Origin: Amoebidium appalachense
Taxonomy: Eukaryota; Protista; Ichthyosporea
Reading direction: 5' to 3'
Length of the DNA: 64,000 nt
NCBI GenBank assembly: GCA_963693365.1
Contig: CAVNZM010000005.1
Location: forward strand, 5,153,167-5,217,166
In this document: positions 1 through 9,394 of the stretch, in pieces
How positions within the stretch are numbered: position 1 is the first letter of the stretch
Layout of the letters: every line of letters begins with the position of its first letter
Program-made: the position numbers and the translations under genes
The notes under the pieces: generated by a model
What the model was told of the DNA's origin: nothing
The model's input: only the letters and a program-made list of their open reading frames with translations
Database searches by the model: none

Positions 1-836
1 TGGGGGGGATGACGCCGCGCGTTATAGTCCCCCTTCCCCCCACGATGTCACCGATTTGGGGTCTCGGGCACGATTTGAACACGGACACATACCGATATAA
101 CATCCTCCACGATATACCGCCCCCCCTCCCGAGCGTAACCAGGGGAGGTGTTATATCGAGCAGTGACCGTATCACTAAAGCTAGGTGGGGCCCCAAATTT
201 ATACGTGGGCATACACTGGATATGTTGCGATATGCTGAATGGCAAGGAGATTTTTTTCCAGCACTAAGCGTTGCCCACAAAAAAATGATGGGCATCTTTG
301 AGTGCCTGTGCAGTGAGACCTATGTGCCATTATTGTGTTATCAACCACGGATAAGCAAGGTCGGCCTATGAGGGGCACACCAAGAAACACCAAGAGATGT
401 ATGAACCTACCTGGCCTAACACAACCGTATGTGCAAACAACAAAGCGTGAAGCGTCTGAACGGCGGTGTGTGACTGTGTGTGTGTCTGGAAGGGGGGGGG
501 AGGGGAGGGGGAAGGAGGAGAGAGAGTTTGAACGAAGTACTGAAACTGTAGTTCTGAGGTTGTGTTCCAAGACAGTTTATTAGTTGAGCCAGCATAGTGG
601 CTTCTTCCACACTTCCAGCGGCAGAACATCGATCTTGAGCCTGTAAACGAGTTTGCAGTTAGCACACAGTCAGCAGGGTTACCAAGGAATTATAAACACG
701 GAAAAGGGTAGAAAGTGGCCATCAGATCTTCCTATCACCATCACACAAGTCCTATATTATTTTTAGGCTTGTCACGTGAAAAGTTCGAATCACTTGGCCA
801 GCTACAACTGAAAATATGAAAAAAGCATGCAAGGAA

Positions 837-882
<46 letters not shown>

Positions 883-2395
883 GGAGGGAGGGAGGGAGAA
901 CACCCCTAAACCTTAGCACTGTATTTTCAAGTCCCCAACCCCTCCCCACTCCCTTTCAATCTGCACTACTCCTTAACAACAAAAGAAAAAGAGGAGAGAC
1001 GGAAGATGGTAGGAAGGGCAGGGGAGGAATACACACCTGTAACAAAACACAGGTACAAACAGCCCAGGATCTACCCGGCACCTGTGAACAAGGGAGCTCC
1101 TATTAGTACGCTTCGGTTACATAAGGAAACCAAAGGTCGGCGTCAGAGAGTTTCTATCAGACTCTTCCTATGAGGAACTCATCCGGGAACACGCAGATAT
1201 ATTTATGTGCCCCGTCACTCGATGATTATCCATCAGAAGAAACTCAAGAAGGAACAGCTACGTACGACCGTGTAGAAAAGCGGGATGCAGCACGGGCGGT
1301 TCAATAAAGACGTTCGAAGGGGGAAGCGAGTGGGAAGTGTCTATTCATTCCACTTTTGCTGGTAGAAAATAATAAGCCACACCAAAAAACAAGGGTGCCT
1401 AGGGGGAAAACGAATGCTTTATCAACAACAGCTCCACCACCCATGCAACGATTGGAAACAGCCCGCATACACACGCACTACACGTGCACACTGCGAGCAC
1501 ACACACGGACAGCCACACGCAAGCACGCATGCACACCACTCTTGAACATACATAACTCCACACTCTTTCTTCAGCTCACCTATCACACGACTCCACTGGG
1601 ATGAATCCAAGAAAAAGTAACCTTTGCACGTGTGCACCGGTATTTATACCCCCTCTTCCATGTTGGGCCAAGTTTTAGCCCAATGTGATTGGCTCAAGAT
1701 TGTTGAAAGGGATCCCCCAACACTTCCAAGAGGGGGGGCGATTGCCTTCATCAACGGATCAATAAAACCGAGTCAAAAGGAAAAAAATCGTATGTCCGTC
1801 CCTGCGCTCCCCGGGAATTTTAGACCCCGTTTCCATATGTGTGTAACAGTATGTAGCAGGTAACTAGTAACTACGGAAAATGGAGCCTCATCATACCAAA
1901 ATACCCATATTTAGTGTGAATTTATTGATGTTTAATATGTAGAACCACATGCAGTCCTATGTCTGTAACGGCCGTCGGAATTTTCCGAAATATGTCGAAA
2001 CTAGAAAGTCGTAAATCCGCTGTCACACACATAAGACTCGCGCCACACATATGAGTTTTTGGGGATCCTTGAAAAAGAGATAAATTTAGCCTTCCGAAGC
2101 TGGCTGGATGCTATATATAGAGTTATATAGAAAGGTGCGAATTTTCGAAGCCGGAGGCTGACCACGTGTTTCCGAACCTGTACTTGACTTCGAAGATTGC
2201 GTAGTAATGCCGGCTGCTGCTTCGTTCCATAAAATAAGAGTATATAATTACTTTTTTTGGCTTTTTTCTGGCAAAACTCTATACAGAAACATAAGTTACT
2301 GTGTGTGTAGGTTTATCTCTGTTAAATCTATTTTCAAGCCCTGAGAAATCTTATGGCACAGTCGGCACACTGACATCAGGCAGTCAGGCTGTGAG

Positions 2396-4068
2396 CAAGG
2401 CCTCCTTTCACCCGGGCCTGGAGACGGAGGAGTGCGAATCGGAATGCAAAAACGGAACCGGCCGGGTTTGAGACGATGCGATCGAATGACTTGAGTCATA
2501 TCCGGCGGGAACAGCTCCGATCGAGACGCGGTCGCTGCAAAGAAGGATGCCGGCATTGCGTGCACGCACGCGCGTGCGGCCAGAGCGGGTGTGGTTGTGT
2601 TTCATCCCAGGGTGGGGTGGGTGGAGGTAAGAGAGTTGGTTTGACCATTTTGTTGGGGCCTTATTCCGTTTTCGCATGGGTAGCGGCCCCGTGAGATCCA
2701 TAAACCGACGACTGAGCCTGCCTACCGTAGTAATTATTAGTCATGATTAGCAGAACTGTTTGGCAAGGGGGCGGGGGGGGGGGGGGGGGGGGGGGGGGGG
2801 AAGGGTGCAGCTGAGCACCAGAGGCTTCGGCTGCCATGCCGCCACACACATACTTCGTATACAAATACACGTGCACGTGCTTTAACTTTCAGTACCTATT
2901 GAGTAAAGCGCCAGCGAGTGAGAGATTGTGAAACGACACATGCCCACGCCGGACACGCACTATCTTCGAACTCAGGCAGACACAAATGCAGTGAGGTCGC
3001 ACGCGCGCACACACAAACTACACTACACCGACAACACCCAAACACGTACGCATAGTAGTTCAAGTAGCACATACACACGCCCACACGTCTGCCGCCTGCA
3101 CACGTAGCATGCAGACACGCCTGCATACACTGTGAGTCAGACACACAAACACATACCAACGCCCCGCGCACAGGCATACACATCATGTCGGCGCACGAAT
3201 AAGTTTTTGCTAGAATAATATTGAAGTTTGCTCATTACGAATGTTTGAAGAAAAGGTTTGTAAGGGAGGACGGAGAGACAAAAAGATAAAGGTTTTGGAA
3301 GAGGGGACCCATGACCGTCCATGAGAGATGCGGTGGGGCTCGTGAACAGCGAACTACACGCTTAGCTGGAAAAGGTAAGAACGGGGAGACACACTAACCA
3401 AGCACCCTGACACCCTTCCCCCTGTTTATGTGGAGGGGGGAGGTGAGTCAGAGGTTCAGTTTCTTCCTGCTGCCACCCCTCCCCTCCCCCCTTTGCAATG
3501 ATGGTTTTATCTTAACGTGTCTAACCCGCCACCCGCTTTTGGTGTGTTTTTTGAAAAGAGGCTCAAACCACTTGTACACGAGCACATCGTTCTTGCCCGT
3601 CCGGGCTCTGCGGCGAAGTTGGGCTGGCAGCCGCAAACACTACACTGACTTGAGTGAGCTGACATTTCTACCGCTCGCGTTCGAGACTCAAAAAACCTAC
3701 ACAAAAAAATGAGTTTATGGATTACAAATGTAATTGGGGTCTCTGTCATAAGAATAAAAGCATTAACACTCAAGCTTTCACACGAATGCGCCATCGGCAA
3801 TATATACACCAACGAAACACGAAAGTCAACGAAACACAAAAGTAAAACGTGTAAAACAACCGAAAAGGCGAAGCGACGATTGGCTAATATTCCCGCCTAA
3901 AACCCGGCCTGTTACAAGTTGTGGAACAGGCCTCTGATTTCTGATGCTATTTTCGGAACAGGCCGGGTGCAGACATCATTTCGGGTCAGGCCGGAGTAGG
4001 CCTGACCCGGATTTCAGCTTCAGATCGTGACGTTTCCGTTTCCAGGCCCGGGTGATAAGGAGGCCTTG
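2396..4068. mobile_element. Non-autonomous hAT-like DNA transposon (~1.67 kb)
   Basis: ~33-bp imperfect TIRs: CAAGGCCTCCTTTCACCCGGGCCTGGAGACGGA (from 2396) versus the reverse complement of 4036-4068. Flanking 8-mers GCTGTGAG (2388-2395) and GCTGTGAC (4069-4076) match 7/8. An 8-bp TSD with CA..TG ends is typical of hAT. No transposase ORF inside. Confidence 0.8.
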
Positions 4069-4077
4069 GCTGTGACA

Positions 4078-4115
4078 CAAGGCCTCCTAAATGGCACACC
4101 ATATAGGAGGCCTTG
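4078..4115. mobile_element. 38-bp mini-hAT of the same family
   Basis: CAAGGCCTCCTA-14 nt-TAGGAGGCCTTG (12-bp perfect TIR), flanked by the perfect 8-bp direct repeat CTGTGACA (4070-4077 and 4116-4123). Confidence 0.8.
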
Positions 4116-4612
4116 CTGTGACAGCTGCCGCGACAGCATGCGCACTTGCGCAGGCGAACGCCGCGGTGGAACAAAAACAAAACCAAGACTTGAACAAAAC
4201 CAAAGAGTTGAGATCTATCGTACTGTATTACAGCTAGGTGGATGTGTAGTAAAGTATACGAGTTACCTTGCTTGCTGAATTACTTGGCTGGGAATAGGCG
4301 CAACACTCGTAGCCATGGAAATAAAGCTTTGTAGTTGTTAGCTTGTTCAAAGCATGCCTATGGGCGAACAGTCTTTGGTCACCAGATCTTTCCTCGGCGA
4401 TTCGCATTGAAGCAGATCCATGCACTCGAAAGGCTTAACTGTAGACTTCTTAAGTTCTTAAACAAAGCAGAACCATACACACGCAAACACACACACTTAA
4501 CACTTCATCTCTGCTGCCTTTTTTAACCATCTTTCCTCTTTTTCATCGTCTGCACCTTTTCCAGGTTATCATTAGGTGTTCCATTTAGCCCGTCTATTCT
4601 TTTCTTTTCACC

Positions 4613-5527
4613 ATGGCGACCGACCCATCTCACGCAATAAGCCAAGCAGCCACGGAATACTACGACGATGATTATTTCGACTACGACGTTTATGAGGAGG
4701 ACACGGGAGACACGTACGGTCGCACAGACAACGTGTGCATGCATGGACACGCCTACGGTGTGTGCCCTGAGTGCGAGAGAAAAGATGATATGGGGATAGA
4801 AGGGACCGAGGATGATAAGTACAAAGACACAGCGGCACCCTTGAACGCGAACATTGCTGACATCGACACGGGAGGTAGTCGAAGCCCCCAGCTACAAACA
4901 GTAACATCACACGTTGCTGCCCTTGGAGTCAGTTCCGGGCAAGAGGGAAAAGAGAAAGCAGAGCTACCTTACTGGAAAAGGTACATGAACAAGTGGAAGG
5001 GTAAACCGAGGAAGCAACTGAAGAGACATGGCTTTGTGTGGCATCCAGAAACCGTTTGGTCATTCTTCAACTCGTTGGCTGGCATGTCTGTACTCACCAC
5101 CATCGACTCCATCCCTCTCGAACACACTGATTACGTTATGCTGATTGGATCTTTCGGAGCAACCGCCGTCCTTCTATACAGCGCTCACGCGTCCCCACTC
5201 GCACAACCGCGCAACTGCATCGGTGGACATGTTTTGTCTGCAATCATCGGAGTAATCATGTTCAAGTTGCTCGGACAACATGTATATTGGCTCGCAGCAA
5301 GTTTGGCCGTTGCACTTTCCATCGCTGTAATGGAGCTGACGGGGACAGTGCATCCCCCCGGAGGCGCCACTGCATTGATTGCGGTCACTGGGTCGGAAAA
5401 GATTCACAATTTGGGATTTATGTACGTGATTACTCCTGTTCTGGCGGGGGCGAGTATTATGGTGCTAGTGGCGTTGATCTTGAACAATTTTTCACCGAGG
5501 AGGTCGTACCCTACACACTGGTGGTAA
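4613..5527 (+). CDS. HPP family integral membrane protein, single coding exon
   Basis: 304-aa ORF, ATG in CACCATGG context. Family motifs GSFGATAVLLY, SPLAQPRN..GGH, HPPGGATA and C-terminal NN..RRSYPTHWW; several hydrophobic helices; acidic N-terminal extension. Confidence 0.93.
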   Translation: MATDPSHAISQAATEYYDDDYFDYDVYEEDTGDTYGRTDNVCMHGHAYGVCPECERKDDMGIEGTEDDKYKDTAAPLNANIADIDTGGSRSPQLQTVTSHVAALGVSSGQEGKEKAELPYWKRYMNKWKGKPRKQLKRHGFVWHPETVWSFFNSLAGMSVLTTIDSIPLEHTDYVMLIGSFGATAVLLYSAHASPLAQPRNCIGGHVLSAIIGVIMFKLLGQHVYWLAASLAVALSIAVMELTGTVHPPGGATALIAVTGSEKIHNLGFMYVITPVLAGASIMVLVALILNNFSPRRSYPTHWW

Positions 5528-5574
5528 ATTTTAGGCGAGCAGAGTCCTTTTTTGTTTTTTTACTCTTTCTTACA

Positions 5575-5611
<37 letters not shown>

Positions 5612-6006
5612 CTCCCCCCCCCCCCCCCCCCCCCTTCTCTTTTTTTTTCTTTTTTTCCTTTTTTTTTTTAAGTTTTGAGTTTTTTTTGGAGTTTATTGAA
5701 CTTTATGTTTATTTTTATTCATTTATTTGTCCTTTTGTATATCCCGGGAGTGCGTGTGACCCCCCTCCCCACCCCACCCCCCCACCCTCCTCCCCCCTCT
5801 CCCGCTCCCCCCTCCCCCTCCCCCCGCCGCCGCTTGCCCTCGTTATCTATTTGTTTTCATTGGATCCCCCAGTGCCATATCGCCCACCCTTTCCCAATGG
5901 GTGCTGCTACTGCTACCGTACCTTTCGAACACAAACCGTGTTCTTTCGTTTTTTTTTATGTTTTTTTTTGTTTTTTTTTGTTTTTTGTTTTTTTTTGGGG
6001 TGGGGT

Positions 6007-6037
<31 letters not shown>

Positions 6038-6698
6038 GGATTTTACGTTACATGCGTAGCTGAAGGAATGAAGGACAAATTTAGAGAATTTAGAAAAACA
6101 GTTGGAACTGAAACTGAATCCAGTTTTTGCACACCAGGGCCTTGAATGTATCTATCCAAGTATGTGGAAAATTACTGTGTGGATTTGTGTTTGTGTGTGT
6201 GTGTTTCGGGTTTTCATAGTAGCTGTGTAGTTGAAAGATGGAAGGACAATATAAAGAGAAATAGGGCTGTTAAATTTTTTTTTTGCATGTGATGCGTGAA
6301 AGAGGGATAGGACCGACCGGTTCGGGTTTTGCACTCAAGGTAGACAGACTATTTGTCGGTGTCTGCCTGAGAAAGTGAAGTGTAATATATATGAATTTTG
6401 TCACTTGAACAGAAGAGCACAAAGGAAAGGCTCGAGCCTCAAAAGTGGTAGGGAAGGCCGAGGGAAGAGTGTATCAAGGAAAACCTCAGAGGCAACCGGA
6501 GTACCCTAATGCAGTTGTGGGTGTCTTTTTTCTTCTTTTCTGTCCCCCCCCCCCCCCCTCCCCACCGTTTTCACCTCACAGAGGCACACCGTCTTCCACT
6601 TGGCTCTGCCTATAACCCAGGCAGAATGAAATAACTACACTCGGTGTGATTTCTGGGTTATGGTTCGCTAGTACAGTATCTAAACACACTAGAGCCGG

Positions 6699-6736
<38 letters not shown>

Positions 6737-6809
6737 CCTCCCTTGAGGGCAGAGCAATTACGGGGAAAGAAAGGGAAGGGAGGGGATGGAAGAGAGGAGT
6801 GTTGGTAAC

Positions 6810-7425
6810 TGTGGTATATTATACCGGATATCTAGTATGGATGTACACAGGTTGAGATATACGCACACGTGTACATGACATTGTATATATACCACTGTGT
6901 TTGATCTTAGGTAGGCCAGTATGCATGTCCCCCCCAGTCTTGTGCGCATGAGCATGGAGTTAAACATATGTGCACGTGCAACTTGCAGGATTATTCATGG
7001 GAAAACAGATATAATAGCCACATGGGACCGACACGTAGTAGAGGAACCATGAGCGTTAAGTTATAGTTTTATCATGGGAAAATATGCAAGTAGCCGTGAG
7101 GTATGACTGTGGAATGCATCGATAATCAAGTACTGTCACCCGATTGGCTCACTAGGTTTATTGGAACCGTGATAGCCATGGGACAGAACCGTGAACCGTA
7201 TGTGATTGGCTCTCGTAGCCAAAAAGCACATACCGATGCGCATGTCTGAGCCGCTGTGCGAGCTCCGATATAAGGGCATGTCGGGGGCTTCAGAGCTCAC
7301 TCAGTGTGCTCGGCTTACTAGGTGTAAGTAGGACTAGCACGTAACTAAGCAAAGCGTGGTCTAGTCAACCCCGTTCATTTATAAACATATTGTTTGTCAC
7401 AGACACACGATCATATTATACAACA
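6810..7425 (+). repeat. 5' LTR (616 bp)
   Basis: TGTGGTATATT...TTATACAACA. By eye it differs from the 3' LTR by a 6-bp indel and about 2 substitutions, so the insertion is recent. Confidence 0.97.
7269..7305 (+). promoter_or_regulatory. LTR core promoter: TATAAG and Inr-like TCACT/TCAGT
   Basis: TATAAG at 7269-7274; Inr-like motifs at 7297-7305, about 30-34 nt downstream; upstream GATTGG (reverse CCAAT) motifs near 7142 and 7204. Confidence 0.55.
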
Positions 7426-7441
7426 GCTGAGCTACACCCCC
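7426..7441 (+). other. Putative non-canonical primer-binding site
   Basis: GCTGAGCTACACCCCC directly abuts the 5' LTR and lacks TGG. Its reverse complement, GGGGGTGTAGCTCAGC, has the form of tRNA-Ala nt 1-16. Confidence 0.7.
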
Positions 7442-7516
7442 TGCAGCGCTAGTTCTTGCGCTGCAAGTGTGCTCGTATCAAGCAAGTACTATGTTTTTAG
7501 TTGTTTGGGTTCTAAC

Positions 7517-9394
7517 ATGTCTAACCACCTTGGTGACAACAATGCCGGCCCTAGTGGCCTGCATGGGGGGGAAGCTAGAAACGCCGACCTCATTTTCCTT
7601 GAAGAACTCGGCTATAATGTTCCCCTTTCCCCCCCCCCGGCGCTTCACCGTGGCACCCTCCTGGAGCAGACATTCCGTTGCTCGACCGTGTCTACTTCCG
7701 TTCACACGACTTGCAACACGACAATCAATACTGCTTCTCTTTTCATTCAGGGGAAACCGACTACGGCCAATCATTTGACCCCGAAGACCTGCCACCTGAA
7801 GATAATCGACATTCATCAGTCGACCTTCTCCACGGGCTGGAAGTCGAGGTCAACGCAAACGCAAGCAGAGGCACCAGACGCCCTGGTACGCGCCCTAACG
7901 GAGTATGCAAATTTGCACAACAAGACGGGCGTGAGCCTGGCAGCTTGGTGCTGGTGCGTTCTTGGGTGTCTCCTTCTGTTCATGCTGCTGGCATTTTTGG
8001 TATCGAAGTTTGCCAGCTGTACAGCGCGCACGGCACTGTACCGTTCGTCGTCGGCACTCACCATGCTCCACCAACAACTACTCGCCCTCGCGAATGTATT
8101 CACTTCCAGGCAAAACTACGCGTGCCTTTCAGGGCAGTCTTCCCCCATCACTAAGTCACATGAATTTATCAATCAGTTAGTGACTCTTAGTCGTGGTGAG
8201 CTCGACCTAGTGGTTACTTATTATGGTAACCGGGGCCCTCGAAAATTTCATCCAAGCATGCTCCCCTCGTGGGTTCGTGCCGGACGGGGCCCCCGTAAGA
8301 ACTCTGGCCGAGGTGGTAGGGGTGGACGTGGTGGTGGCCGGGGGGGGCATAACAACCCTCCTCCTGCTGCCAACGAAAATGGGGATGGTAATGCAGGTGG
8401 CGGTGGCCCCCCACCTCCCCCGGACGGTGGTGCTGACGGTGGTGCCGGTGGTGCTAATGGTGCCGGAGGTGCTAATGGTGCAGGTGGTGCCGGTGGTGGT
8501 GGTGGTGATGGTGGTGGCGACGGCGGTGACGGTGGTGATGACGGTGACGGTAACGACGGCAACGGTGACGACCGGGAGGGGAAGGAAAAGATTCAACACC
8601 TCCCCTCAGCAGCAATTCAGTCCCGTCCTATGCTCGAGGCAGATGCCGATATCGACGAATTCTACAAACAACTCCAACATCATTTAATTTTCTTTTGTAT
8701 TATGGAGTTGGTGGGCTTAAATCGCACGTTGATGTTTATTCGTATGTGCATGGGCCCCGGGGACCCCCGAGATGCTGCCGACAATGTCGACCTTTCCACG
8801 TGCACCGGCATCGACGATTTTTGGGCTAAGTTCCTTGAGAAGTATTTAGACAAGGAACGTAAAGAGGAGCATTTTAACGAGCTGAACAAGCTTCGTTTTA
8901 TGCACACTCGGGCCTCGATAAAGACATTCCACAAGAAATTTAATTGCATCGTCTCCAACACGGGTCTCAAGAACATGCCCGAGGTTGTGCTTCATCATTA
9001 CCAACGTACCCTCAACGACTACCCGGACCTTTGTTCGGAGGCCCGGGCTGCAACCACCCTCAAGCAAGCCATGGCCCGTGTCATCCGACGGTATGAGGCT
9101 GATGTGGGTGCTCACAATTTAAAATGTAACCGTAATGTGGGTGCTGTAGATGAGATGGGTGGTGGTAGTGGGGGGCATGGTGGTGGTGGTGGTGGTCACG
9201 GGGGTGGCCACGGAGGTAGTGGGGGTAATGTTGGTGGTAAGGGTAAATCTAACGGGGGGGGCAAATGGGCTAAGGATAATAAGAAGGATAAGAGGGGGCC
9301 CAATTGTTGGGCTTGCAAGCAGCCGGGGCATCGTTTTAAAGATTGCCCCACCCAAGCTGCCAAGAAGAACAAGGGCAAGCAAAGTGATAAATAG
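7517..9394 (+). CDS. gag: Gag (625 aa) with N-terminal hydrophobic segment, Gly-rich linkers and zinc knuckle
   Basis: First ATG after the LTR is at 7517, in frame with ORF 7394-9394. CWACKQPGHRFKDC is a CX2CX4HX4C knuckle. Ends in TAG at 9392-9394. Confidence 0.9.
   Translation: MSNHLGDNNAGPSGLHGGEARNADLIFLEELGYNVPLSPPPALHRGTLLEQTFRCSTVSTSVHTTCNTTINTASLFIQGKPTTANHLTPKTCHLKIIDIHQSTFSTGWKSRSTQTQAEAPDALVRALTEYANLHNKTGVSLAAWCWCVLGCLLLFMLLAFLVSKFASCTARTALYRSSSALTMLHQQLLALANVFTSRQNYACLSGQSSPITKSHEFINQLVTLSRGELDLVVTYYGNRGPRKFHPSMLPSWVRAGRGPRKNSGRGGRGGRGGGRGGHNNPPPAANENGDGNAGGGGPPPPPDGGADGGAGGANGAGGANGAGGAGGGGGDGGGDGGDGGDDGDGNDGNGDDREGKEKIQHLPSAAIQSRPMLEADADIDEFYKQLQHHLIFFCIMELVGLNRTLMFIRMCMGPGDPRDAADNVDLSTCTGIDDFWAKFLEKYLDKERKEEHFNELNKLRFMHTRASIKTFHKKFNCIVSNTGLKNMPEVVLHHYQRTLNDYPDLCSEARAATTLKQAMARVIRRYEADVGAHNLKCNRNVGAVDEMGGGSGGHGGGGGGHGGGHGGSGGNVGGKGKSNGGGKWAKDNKKDKRGPNCWACKQPGHRFKDCPTQAAKKNKGKQSDK

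Noticed and set aside
1-315. Possible right end of a CACTA-like element (..GTGCAGTG at 315)
   Set aside because: Only one terminus is visible; no partner TIR or TSD in the window.
5287-6145. Long ORFs downstream of HPP and the many HTHT/CVCV/PPPP/GGGG ORFs across the window
   Set aside because: They are translations of microsatellites and homopolymers, which lack stop codons by composition.
7426-7500. A tRNA gene on the minus strand next to the LTR
   Set aside because: Only 16 nt match a tRNA 5' end; the continuation runs into the LTR with no anticodon arm, T-arm or B box.
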